Shown: in pieces, positions 1 through 10,937 of the stretch
Layout of the letters: the number at the start of each line of letters is the position of its first letter
How positions within the stretch are numbered: the first letter of the stretch is position 1
Source: Macrostomum lignano
Lineage: Eukaryota
NCBI GenBank assembly: GCA_002269645.1
Contig: NIVC01003918.1
Location: 1 to 35,273, forward strand
DNA: 35,273 nt
Direction: 5' to 3'
Made by a program: the position numbers and the translations under genes
Notes under the pieces: generated by a model
What the model was told of the DNA's origin: nothing
Databases searched by the model: none
What the model saw: only the letters and a program-made list of their open reading frames with translations

Positions 1-345
1 AAGCCGACGCTCTACATCACACTGGTGTTGACGGGCATCGTGCTCCATGTCATCGGCATGCCGGCCACGTTCGCCATTCCGGAGAGCATTTACAGCAAAA
101 GTCTGCCTGTGGTGGAGATGGACATGGCCCAGGGCGTCTACAGGACAGTCATCGCAGTAGCGATTCTAGTCGGACCGCTGATTGGCGGGTCTCTGCAGTT
201 CGTGTCCTGGCTGGTATTTTTGTTCATGCTAATTCTGAACGTTATATCGTTAGTGTTGTGCTACAAAGCATACAGCCTTCTCTCCTACCCGGAAGAAGAG
301 GGCGACGAGGTCGAGGGTGATGCTGAAGACCAGAAAGAAGAGTGA
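1..345 (+). CDS. 3' end of a major facilitator superfamily (MFS)-type membrane transporter; 5' part lies outside the window
   Basis: Frame 1 is open from base 1 (KPTLYITLVLTGIV...) to TGA at 343-345. It has about four hydrophobic helices, an MFS helix 10-11-like segment (QGVYRTVIAVAILVGPLIGGSL) and an acidic tail. Subfamily not assignable. Confidence 0.75.
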   Translation, partial: KPTLYITLVLTGIVLHVIGMPATFAIPESIYSKSLPVVEMDMAQGVYRTVIAVAILVGPLIGGSLQFVSWLVFLFMLILNVISLVLCYKAYSLLSYPEEEGDEVEGDAEDQKEE

Positions 346-1019
346 TCAAATTGTTCCAGAGAAACATTAGTGAGCAAACTTTGACACTGGCGTGTTCATA
401 GCGAGCGCTGAGAAAGTATACACGTACCACTTTACTCTTTCGGGTTCCGTACTTTGCTATATTACTACTTTAAAACAATTTAGAAAGCGTGTCACAGGCT
501 TCTTCAGAGAATATCCTCATTACTATTAGTAGTCTTCGTAGAGTATGCGAACAAAGTGTGAACATTGGAATGTTTCAATTTTCTGATTTGCTTTGTTTTA
601 CGAGCAAAGCAGGGATGCCCTCGTGTTTTTTTAGGTTTCCAAAGTTGGGTTATCCCTCGTACGTATTTACATGTAATCTTACGAGCCATTCAATCCACAA
701 AGTTTGCTATTGCAGTCATCGCACTTTACGAAGAGTCGCGTAACTCTTAGTCGTAAATGCGAGCTAAGCGTCTTGTAAAGGGTAGCTGTATTTAACTCCT
801 ACCGCACTGAACTACTAGCGTATCTCCTTTTAAATTGACGTAACTATACATGTAAAATTTCCCTTACTCTTCAATTTCCTGTTTGCGAATAAAACTTGCG
901 TACCAGTGGTGGTGGTGGAATATCGCGGCTTATCGTTTGGTGAAAATACCGGTAAAAATATTCGAATTCATAGGTAACTCTACCAAAACTTTTTCGATTT
1001 TGAGTAACGGATTTTAAGT

Positions 1020-1552
1020 AGCTTTTTACAGTCACTTTGAGCTTAAGAGCAGTTGACTTAATCCAAAGTGGCAGAGCGCTGCACACAAGACAGCTGCCGT
1101 GCTGCCCTCAGTCAATGGCCCAAAATTTTGGCTGGTGGGCAAAGACTCAATCTTGGGAGCATTCACTCAGTCCATTCTTAGCCGTTTTGGATCCTGGCTT
1201 TATTCTTATTATCGTAAAGCAATAAAGTATAACGAAGCTCAAGTTTTGGTCCTCTGTCATCACCACGAGGAAGACAATTGCGGTGACCAGTCTATTTTTA
1301 CCAACGTTTAATTGACGCTAATGTTCGGTCCATTTCGCGATATCGACCGCGGTCGCTCACCTCTGTCCAAGGCTTGCCTCATAGCGTTTTAGCAGACATG
1401 AGAGGACTGAGTTGAATGCTCCAAAGATTAAGTCTTTGCTCACGAGTCAAACTTTTGGGCCATAGACTGGGGCAGCAGTTGTCTTGTGTGCAGCGCTCTG
1501 CCACTCTGGATCAAGTCACCTGCTCCTAAGCTCAAACTGACTGCAAAAAGCT
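1020..1552. mobile_element. Foldback/MITE-like element with ~150-bp inverted arms
   Basis: 1020-1173 is the reverse complement of 1404-1552 with scattered mismatches (e.g. TGGCAGAGCGCTGCACACAAGACA vs TGTCTTGTGTGCAGCGCTCTGCCA). No coding capacity; no clear TSD seen. Confidence 0.75.
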
Positions 1553-1646
1553 GTAGTAAAAACTTTTAGCCCAGGGAAAAGTATTGCTTTTGTCAGCCAA
1601 GGTGACAATTAAGTCAGCCAAGGTGAGATCACTCATTTGGCAGCAG

Positions 1647-1924
1647 TAGATTTGGTCTTGCCATAGACATAGACATAGGTGGATAATTCTATGTCTATGT
1701 AACCAAGTTGATAGTTCTGATCTTTACTACACAATATTCGGTGTTTGAGCATGAGCTTAAAAATTCAAAAGCAGTTTGAAAACTGAGGCGAGAGAGAGAG
1801 AGAGAGAGGAGACTATAAGAGAGGTTGCTGCTGGCATGCTTCTTATGCTGATGTCTATGGCCGAATCATCAAGTTGCTTGCTTTTCTCCGTCTCCGTCTA
1901 TGTCTATGGCAAGACCAAAGTCTA
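1647..1924. mobile_element. Short MITE-like element with 24-bp perfect inverted repeats
   Basis: TTTGGTCTTGCCATAGACATAGAC (1651-1674) and its exact reverse complement (1896-1919), extendable to TAGA...TCTA. Internal (GA)n at about 1790-1811. No TSD identified. Confidence 0.65.
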
Positions 1925-2579
1925 ACAATTATACAAAACTAAAAATTCTCAAAGCAGTTTGCAATTAAACATATCATCCTTGGTCTGGAAGTCGCATTCA
2001 CGACACTCGAAATTTCTTTAAATGTTGCATTCTCTAAAAGAACTGACTTTAGTCACTTTAGTCAGATGATGAAGACTAACAGAAATATGTTATTAATCTT
2101 GCCACGAAAACCAATTCACTTGCATTGTGTCTACGTAATGGTAGAAAACTGGAACATATATCAAAAGCCTCAGCCTACTTGAGCAGTGAAATGACTCTGA
2201 GCTGCTATGCTCATTTCTCACTCCCACGGCACCATGACATGATTTCAAAAGTTTCAGCCTGCGCCAAGTGTCAGTCTATTTACACTTCAATCATTTCCTT
2301 TTCTGCAATGTATTTTCTCTCTGTGCCACTGAGCTGAGCGAAAGCTTTCAAAATTAGACTTTGACCGTACTTTTTTCAGCGAGAGTGAGAAAGCCGGATG
2401 AGGAACGCTTGTCCCAGCCAGAACCTTTCAGTATTCTCACTTGCCTCATTTTCTCTTTCATTACAGTTGAGCACAGAGCAGAGCAGAGCCAAGGAAAGTG
2501 GAGAGCTCAGCTGCTGGACAGACACCAAGTCTATTTCTGCTGCCGAGAACTTCGTCTGCTCAGCTCCCTGCTTAGATTG

Positions 2580-2896
2580 CTCAGCTCACTGATTAGAGAG
2601 CACTGCTCAGCTCACTGATTAGAGAGCACTGCTCAGCTCACTGATTAGAGAGCACTGCTCAGCTCACTGATTAGAGAGCACTGCTCTATCAACTTGATTA
2701 GCTCACTGATTAGAGAGCACTGCTCAGTTCACTGATTAGAGAGCACTGCTCAATTCACTGATTAGAGAGCACTGCTCAGTTCACTGATTAGAGAGCACTG
2801 CTCAATTCACTGATTAGAGAGCACTGCTCAGTTCACTGATTAGAGAGCACTGCTCAGTTCACTTATTAGAGCACTTACTGCTCAGCTCACTGATTA
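2580..2896. repeat. 26-bp minisatellite, about 11-12 copies
   Basis: Unit TGCTCAGCTCACTGATTAGAGAGCAC in tandem, with one interrupted copy near 2685-2700. Confidence 0.95.
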
Positions 2897-4388
2897 CATG
2901 GATATGCAGAGAGCATAAATGAGGAATAGTGGTTTTTACGGAATATGAATCCACTGCTGCACTCAGCATTCAATCCCAACTGAGGAGTTTGATCTCAGCC
3001 AACCATTTTTTGCTCCTCTCGCCCCTCCCCAGCTCTGCATTTCGTCACTGAATATTTCAGCAAATAAGAGGATCGGGAATCTGGAAGCTCAGTTCCGCCG
3101 CCCAGTTTGCTCTTCTCAGATCTGCGCTCAAGATTTTTTTCACCAGTCGAACTTGTTGAGCACTCACTGTCTTTCACTGTTTGGCCAAAAAACGCACCGT
3201 AATCTCACAGGTAATGCCGAATCAGGTTAATTTCAGACCATTTAGGTGAAGAGAAGTCTCATCTGACCTGTTGAAATAGATACCGCTTTTTCTGTTTGAT
3301 AAGGAGACTTAGCTAATGGATTGCTTCCAGAATTAAAAGCGTTCTAGGATTCTCCAGCCGCTCGTCAATACGGACTGTCGGGTCTGGTTCAGCTACACAT
3401 TCGTCCATCTAGGCTGTACATTTTTCTATCAAAGCGAGATTGCTGCCGTCAATTTCTATAACGACGACCGCTGCTTCGCCTCCCTGCCAGATCCCGCCTG
3501 CATTTTCATTTCTCCCCGCGGGCAGGGGAATCGCATTTTATTGAAAAAACCGCCTCGCAACGGATAGCAGCAGTAGGGTGGGAGTCGCGACCGGCGCATG
3601 GCTTGGCAACGGCACGGATCTCGGTGGTTCTCTCCTTAACAGCGCTCTCACCCCCTCATTTACCCAATCCCTATCCCTTCTCCCTCATCCCCAGCCGCAT
3701 ACCCAGCACCTGTTGTCAATGCAAATAAAGCACTCTTTCATTCCATTGTCGCTCGGCTCGCATTATTTAGCTCGCAGCAGCAGATATGAATTTCAGGAAC
3801 AAAATGGGCAGCCTGTAAGACAGTTTATTCTGCGCCAGGTTTCCGACTCATCTGTGCAAATAAGAGGCCTGCGTGTCTGACAGCCCAGCACCTTCATCGG
3901 CGAAACAGGTTTTCCAAATTTTTCTTTTAGTTTAATTCTGTGTGTGGGGAGTTGCCTGTCACCTCATTGATTATCTTTGTATTCTGGTTGGTTTTTGCGG
4001 TTGGCGAGCAGGTTGGGCGAACTATTTTTTGGCCTTCCTTCCGGTCTACTTGTGCCCCCCGTCTGTCTGATTTTCATTCTTCTTCTGCGCAAGAGAAAGC
4101 AATGCTGCGGGTGCAGCTTGCAGGGTTTCAGCGGGATCGGCTTTCTTCCGCGTGTGCGCACTGGGGCAAAAACTGCCGCTAGCTACTCAGGCTGAGTCAA
4201 CAGCGCTCGGGCCTTTCTGCTTGGGGAGAGGCTGATCCAATTGGCGACTTAAGTGCAATATCTTTTTCTAGGCTGTGACTACACAGGTTAGCTCAAACCG
4301 TTTTGTCTCGTCCCACCGGTTTCAGCGACTTATTCTACTGCACACCATCTACCGCACAGCTTCCTCCGTGCCGGCCGGCGGAGAAAAA

Positions 4389-7125
4389 ATGGACCAGCAG
4401 ATCACGGACGCGGAGCTGAAAGGTGAGGCCCAATCGATGCAAATTCTAGACAGAGTCATTTTTAATGCAATTTTAGAATTCATTTGTAGTTGGCGGAGTG
4501 GAGAGACGCGCAAGAACGGAGTGAATAGTTGCAAATTTAATAATGGGCTTCGCGGGGAAAGGAGAGGCAGGATCGAATGCGGGGGCGGAACGAAGCTGGG
4601 AGAATGCTATTATGCCATACAAAATTATACTCAGAGAATAGAAGCAAGTAATATAGAATTTTCCATCCGATTTACCGGATAGCCGAGAAACAATCTCGCG
4701 TTTGATTCACATTGCAATCCATGGACTTTTGGCCATGACGTTTCTTACCGCCCTAGAAAATCGGATGGGAATAGCATATCAATACCCATACTTTTAAGGG
4801 CGCAAATGGGAAATCAGAGGGCGCCGTTGTCAAACACACGAGTTCAGCTAAATTGTGAGAGCTGTGTTTCTGTGCCACGGTAGCTAGGGTCCCTGAAGCA
4901 GGTGCCCTCTGATGTGCCATTTACGCCCTTAAAGCATGGGTATTGCTGTTATTGTGCCATAGACATTTCTGTCTCAGCAAGGCTGTGAAAGAAGAAATTA
5001 AAGAGCGTGAGAAGTGGGGGTGCGGGGGGGGGCTACTGTGGGGGTGCTGGGGTGCTGGGGGTGCTGGGGTGCTGGGGGTGCTGGGGGTGCTGGGGTGTGG
5101 GGGCGAAGCTTCCACATTTCAATCATAGACCATAGACTTCAACTTTCGTTCGATTCATGCGGGCTTAAATGTAGTCTTGACCTGGGATTGAATAAGTAGT
5201 GCCCGCCGGGCAAAAAGGTCGTGATACAATAGCTCTACCATAGACCCTCTTTCTGCACGAAGATGGTCCTTGGTATTGCTATACTCATCTAGCTCGTACG
5301 TTCCATAACAGTGACAACCCATAAAATGATCCTGTTATTCTGATTCTTATATGCTCGTAGGAGCTAATGCAATTTAACATCGAAATTCAAGTAATATACC
5401 TGGACCGAAAAATCGGTCTTAATTTCAGATATGTTCACCCTGTTCGATCAGAACAATTCTGGCTATATTGAAAGCTTCGAACTGCGCAACATCCTGCAGG
5501 CTATGGGCCAGAATCCCACTCAGAAGGATGTGGACACCATCATTCAGGAGGCTGATGTGCTGGGTTAGTCTGGTGTTTCGCACGAAATGTACTCAGCACA
5601 GAATCCATTCATAGTTCAATTCCAAACAAATTTCTTTAACCTTAAATCGCAGTGAAGGACGGCAAGATTGACTTTGATGAATTCGCTCGCATCATGAGGA
5701 CTAATGGGACGTTTAAATCGTCGAACGAGATGGACGACGAACTGATGAAAGCTTTCGAGGTTAATTTTGTGTTTGCTAAAACGTTTTCTTGTCGCAAATT
5801 TAGAAGAAGTCACAAATATAGGGGATATTTTCGAACCCGCATGCTATAAATTCAGATGTTTGATCGGGACAAAAATGGCTACATCAGCCGTCAAGAGTTG
5901 GAGTTTGTTCTAAAATCAATTGGCGAGCCAATGTCGTACGAGGAAATCGACGAGATGTTCAAGAGTGCCGACGCCAATGAAGACGGCCGAATCAGCTACC
6001 GAGGTGAGCGTTGCTGTACCTTGAACCTTGTGTCTGCGTGGTTGTGTCTGTATGCATGTACCTTGAACCTTGTGTCTGGAGACGCGTGGTTGTGTCTTTA
6101 TGTATGTAGCTTGTGTCTGTATACATGTAGCTTGTGTGTATATGCATGTAGCTTGTGTGTATATACATGTAGCTTGTGTGTATATGCATGTAAGCTTGTG
6201 TGTATATGCATGTAGCTTGTGTGTATATGCATGTAAGCTTGTGTGTATATGCATGTAAGCTTGTGTGTATATGCATGTAGCTTGTGTCTATATGCATGTA
6301 AGCTTGTGTGTATATGCATGTAAGCTTGTGTGTATATGCATGTAAGCTTGTGTGTATATGCATGTAGCTTGTGTCTATATGCATGTAGCTTGTGTGTATA
6401 TGCATGTAGCTTGTGTCTATATGCATGTAGCTTGTGTGTATATGCATGTAGCTGTGTCTGTATACATGTAGCTTGTGTCTATATGCATGTAACTGTGTCT
6501 GTATGCATGTAGCTGTGTCTGGTAACATGTAGCTGTGTCTGTTAACATGTAGCTTGTGTCTGTATGCATGTAGCTGTGTCTGGTAACATGTAGCTGTGTC
6601 TGATAACATGTAGCTTGTGTCTGTATGCATGTAGCTGTGTCTGATAACATGTAGCTGTGTTTGTTAACATGTAGCTTGTGTCTCTATGCTTGTAAGCTTG
6701 TGTCTAAATGCATGTAATATTGCATCTATATGCATGGAGCTTGTGTCTAACTACTGTAGCTGGTGTACATGCATAGTGGCCTGCAGCTGTAGCTGTAGCT
6801 TGTGTACAGAGTGTTACGGCCTGTAGCTTATCTCATGGTGTCCACTGACTTTCGTGGTTTCACTTTGCAATATTCGAATCAATTCTGGCTTGTGACTCTT
6901 TCTTGGAGCTTGAGGCTTGTTACTTGTGACTTGTGACTTGGGACTAGAGGCGTGAGTGAGTGATTTGCTGCGATTTGGCGACGCCCCACTGAAGACGGAA
7001 ACTTGATTTTATTGACAAATTTAACAAGTGGATGAGCAGAAAAGTAACAAAAAGTTGCATAATAAATTGGCCGTTTTTCAGAGTTCGTAGTGATGTTCAA
7101 CCACTCGTTCAAAGGTGGCGTTTGA
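4389..7125 (+). CDS. Calmodulin-like EF-hand protein, 155 aa, 5 exons
   Basis: Exons 4389-4422, 5429-5563, 5653-5759, 5856-6003 and 7082-7125, all GT-AG and phase-consistent (468 nt). Translation MDQQITDAELKDMFTLFDQNNSGYIESFELRNILQAMGQNPT...FDRDKNGYISRQEL...DANEDGRISYREFVVMFNHSFKGGV. Four EF-hand positions; too divergent to be canonical calmodulin. Confidence 0.93.
4793..4933. repeat. 32-bp imperfect inverted repeat pair in intron 1 of the calmodulin-like gene (small MITE-like remnant)
   Basis: TTTAAGGGCGCAAATGGGAAATCAGAGGGCGC (4793-4824) pairs with GTGCCCTCTGATGTGCCATTTACGCCCTTAAA (4902-4933) with about 4 mismatches. Confidence 0.6.
5016..5104 (+). repeat. G-rich (GGGGTGCT/GGGGGTGCT)n tract
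   Basis: About 6 tandem 9-10-bp units at 5040-5097, plus flanking G runs. Confidence 0.9.
6040..6750. repeat. 21-bp minisatellite (20-22-bp variants) in intron 4 of the calmodulin-like gene
   Basis: Unit GTAGCTTGTGTGTATATGCAT, roughly 30 copies, degenerate at both ends. It is the source of the HIHTSYM/YACSLCV pseudo-ORFs. Confidence 0.95.
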
Positions 7126-9205
7126 CTGTATTCACAGCTGCTTTGAGTGTTGCGCATCATGATTACTTAACTACTATACAAGCATAACTTGGATTATCAC
7201 AACAACTGCTAATATTATATTGTTAATATTTTAACCCTTTTCTTCTATTACCAGTTACCTATTCGGATTTAATGATCTTTGAATATATGACGCTCTACAT
7301 ACTACTGTTTATTTGACAAAATGAATTGAATTTGTATTGCCTTCTGCAGGAATGCGTACCAACAGCTACTCTCGATACTCAGTTTCATGTACTCATGTAT
7401 TCCTGTCCCCATCCACATGGGTTGGACAATTAAACTGAAGTGCGATTCTAGAAATGTGTCACGCCAAGTTAAAATGACAACACCTGGAAATTGAGCCTCA
7501 CGGGCTGAGCAATCATGGGCCACACCTGGGTTTCCTGGCACAAGGAAAAATGACGCGATGCTGCTTTGCCGCAACACGCAGTTTTCTTGTACTTCTCGAT
7601 CTTCTTTATGAAATATTGGGGCAAGCTTCTCCTTGCCATTTATTGAATTTTGAATCCCCGGACTTGAACACGGACACCATTGGAAGGAAGCACAGATGTC
7701 GGACATGTTCGATGTACTTATGGTTGTAAATCATTTCTCATTGACGTTAGGTTTTTATGAATTCTAAGCTGCACGAGCAATTACTGAACATTAAAAAGAT
7801 AATTGTCATTCCCGGAAGTCAGATTGACAACTGATTAATTTATTTGAGCTGGAGTAACTTTTGAAGAAAAAAGCTGTCCTTTTTCACACACACAGCAAAC
7901 TTTCTTTTTTTCAACAGTGCGTGCCATTGCTTTTTAATGTTTGCACTGCACCACTGAGGTCACCCACTCGCTTGCAGTGCGCTGCCGGCTGGACCTTTGC
8001 CCCCGCTGTCGCCACCCAACTTCCTATAGCGTGCCAGGGGTCGCGACCCTGCGCCGGGTCTGACGGCCCAGGCATGGCGTGAACAGTCGCGTAAAGCATG
8101 GCATTTGCGGCAGCTCAAAGACTGACTCTAATATCGTGGGCTCAGACCGGCCGTCTCGGCGTGCCCATTTTCCGCTAAAAATGATAAGGAGAAGGCGCTT
8201 CTATTTATCGGTACCCTGCATTTGCAGTTGCTGCTGCGGCATCAAAATTGTTTTCGCAAACTGCCACGATCACAAGACTTTGAACTGCCGTTGACAGAAA
8301 CAGTTAATGGCTCGTATCACGCTTTAATATACAGCTAGACATTGCTGTATTGCAGTTGTATAGCATTCAAATGATGAGATTCCGGTCAAATTAGGAATAG
8401 AATAACACTAATTGTAGGTGATTGCTTTCCTGGCTTTGTCTGAACTGTGCACAAAACATGGCGATAGATACAGTGTTCAGGATCACACAACGAGCTAGTG
8501 AATTCTGGAAGTCAGAGTTTCATTAATAAAAATTGAAATTGTTACATGCATACAAACCTTAGATATTTAGTATATTTAGATTACACTGAATTCATCGGCA
8601 CAAAGCCTAAAAGTTCGCTGTAGAGGGGCAATGCATTTTAAAAGATTGTCTCCAGCAAAGTGAAATCTATTAACAAAGCAAAACTTTCAAGAGTGGCATT
8701 TCAATTAGCAGGCCAGCCATATGAGCTCGTGCGAGAGTACTGTAGCTTTATCTCAGCCTAAGGGTCATCCAACCTCAGTCAACCTTTGTTCGCTGTGTTT
8801 AAGTCCGAAGAATTCACCAGTACCATAGACGTCACTCTGGTCACAGACGTCATTTCTCTGCTCGGCAGCCAAAAGTCCATGGATTGCAGTGCATGTGAGT
8901 CAGACGCGAGGTACCTGTTTCTCTACCTGCTGAATAGATTTCAGTCTATGGAATCATTTTCACAGTTTATGGTCCATGTTCAATTAATTCATCTACAGTT
9001 AAGTTGAGAGAATCATCTTCTTAAGGATGGTGTTTCAATATTTCTCTGCACTTCGAGGCAACAATTGGCATGCCTCTGCTCGACATGAAATCCATACTTT
9101 GGTGGTGATATCAGCGGCTTGATTCGCGAAGAGATGGACTTTCTATCTCTCTTTTCTGTAGAAGCAGAAAAGTCCGGTCCATAGTGGAGCAACGGACTGG
9201 ATTAC

Positions 9206-9729
9206 CTGTTCTTGGCGTTGGATGCAGCTACGCTTTGGATCCAGAATTGGACAATTTGGTTGAAGATCTTGCCGATCTCGGAGCTGAAGTATCGGCTAAA
9301 CAGAAGCAGCCGTCTCTTCCACTCTGCCGGTACCAATGGTGTCAGAAGCCGCAGCAGGAGCCATGGCAGGCCACCCTCAACAGCTGATCAGGCCCTTCAA
9401 CTTTTACTACAAGTGACAGACCAACTCGTCAAGAAGTATAGTTTCGCAGAGTTCACGTAACAAGAGAGTCAGAGACATGTCTTCTCTATAACATCATTAC
9501 TCGTATTGCTCACTGTTAATGGAGCTCGATTTATTTTATAGTGTTGTCATCCAGTTCGAACAGCCGTTCTAAAATAAACCTGTTGAGTTTGAGTTTGAGG
9601 TGAAACTCGCCAGTTATTGCTCACTTTATTCATACGGCCAAATATGAGGATGTAAGAATTCTGTGATTCCCGGTAAATCGAGTGGGAATAGAAGGTGTCG
9701 CCGTAGAACTGACTTCTGGAGCCAGTCAT
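9206..9729 (-). CDS. Possible two exons of an unrecognised minus-strand gene
   Basis: Exon A 9729-9636 (MTGSRSQFYGDTFYSHSIYRESQNSYILIFG, donor C|GTATGA) joins in phase to exon B 9383-9206 (acceptor TGATCAG|; PVEGGLPWLLLRLLTPLVPAEWKRRLLLFSRYFSSEIGKIFNQIVQFWIQSVAASNAKN; donor AG|GTAATC). Codons are biased to C/G endings. No family recognised and the 3' end is unresolved. Confidence 0.3.
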
Positions 9730-10830
9730 GCATTTACTATTTTTGCTGTGGCCGCCTTCGATGAGCAGAAGTCACAGGTGGTGCCATTTTGTATGCAGAG
9801 AGTGGGATTGCAAGCGAGGCGAAACGACAGAAAATGGCGTGATTCTCAATTCGCGTGTCAAATTCTCAATTTGCTTGTCAAGCTGTCTATGTCAATATCT
9901 ACTCGTAGCTCGTATATGTCTGTGTTTGAGTCTGCCTGCAGCAGATAGCTGAGTCTCAGCTAGCTAGGCCAAATTCTCATTTAGCATGTCAAGCGCTATA
10001 GTAGCACTACCTGCACCTGTCTAGTTTAAGAAGATCGATTGTACGAGTACAATGGATCTCCTAAACGACTTCGCACGAAATTTGCGAAATCGCGCGCAAT
10101 TTGTGGCCGCGTTTCCTGTTTTTTTTATTTTTTTCAACGATTTTCTTTCTGTAAGTCTCTATTCGTTAGCCATCATTATTTGAAAAACACTTCAATAATC
10201 TATGGCGGTGTTGGCTGAACATCAGTAAGAAACAAATAAGCAGAATTGCTTCATAAAAGCTTAGCTTTGATCAGGATCCTAAAGTTGCTTTTATTGTTTT
10301 CAGTCAGAGTTTAGTTTTCTTTAGTTTCTTAGAACTTGAGTTCGGTCCAAATTGGACGCGAAAAGGTGTAGACAGCAGACATTTCTGAGTAGCCCTGTGA
10401 AAATGCCTCACCCGCTAAGCTATCTGTCACGAAGACTAAGCGTGATCAGCCACTAGTGATGGCACGTGATTCATCGTACTTCGGACGTCTTTCCATAAAC
10501 TAAGACACTTATTTGCTCTCTTATTAGGCCGACATCCAATGACAGCCGTTTTTGATCAAGAAAGCGAGTAATAAAACTGCGAGGTTGCCGGCCTTATCTG
10601 CAAAAGAGAAAATCGGCCCGAAGCCATAAAGCTACGTCAGTCCATCTGGTAGACCCGACCCGCCCACGCCTCTAAGTCGTGCAGGGTTCCATAGTGCAGC
10701 TCTGCCTTAATATCTATTATCCATTACAGTGCCGAGAGGCTGGAGGAATTACCCAGAATTCTGGCTAAAAATAGCCCTAGCTTCACCACTAGTGCACCAC
10801 TAAAGGTGCAACATACTCGTATTGCAGGGC

Positions 10831-10837
10831 TATAAAT
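10831..10837 (+). promoter_or_regulatory. Candidate TATA box of the secreted-protein gene
   Basis: GGGC-TATAAAT-ATGAG about 100 nt upstream of the ATG at 10938. Confidence 0.5.
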
Positions 10838-10937
10838 ATGAGAGGCATTCCTCCTCAAAATATTTGGCGGACAAAGAATAAACGACGAAATTTTGTGCTG
10901 AAAATTTTAATCACTCGAAGCTTCAAGATTTAGGAGG

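Noticed and set aside
532-735. Weak inverted match (TCTTCGTAGAGTATGCGA vs TCGCACTTTACGAAGA) and small hairpins
   Set aside because: Short, gapped and without a TSD; not enough to call an element.
5916-6650. His/Tyr/Cys-rich ORFs (HIHTSYM, YACSLCV) resembling metal-binding proteins
   Set aside because: They derive from the intronic minisatellite; the real exon ends at 6003 and resumes at 7082.
9753-9790. In-frame TGA upstream of the 9729 ATG on the minus strand as possible selenocysteine
   Set aside because: No redox motif or homology, no SECIS recognisable by eye, and the gene itself is unconfirmed.
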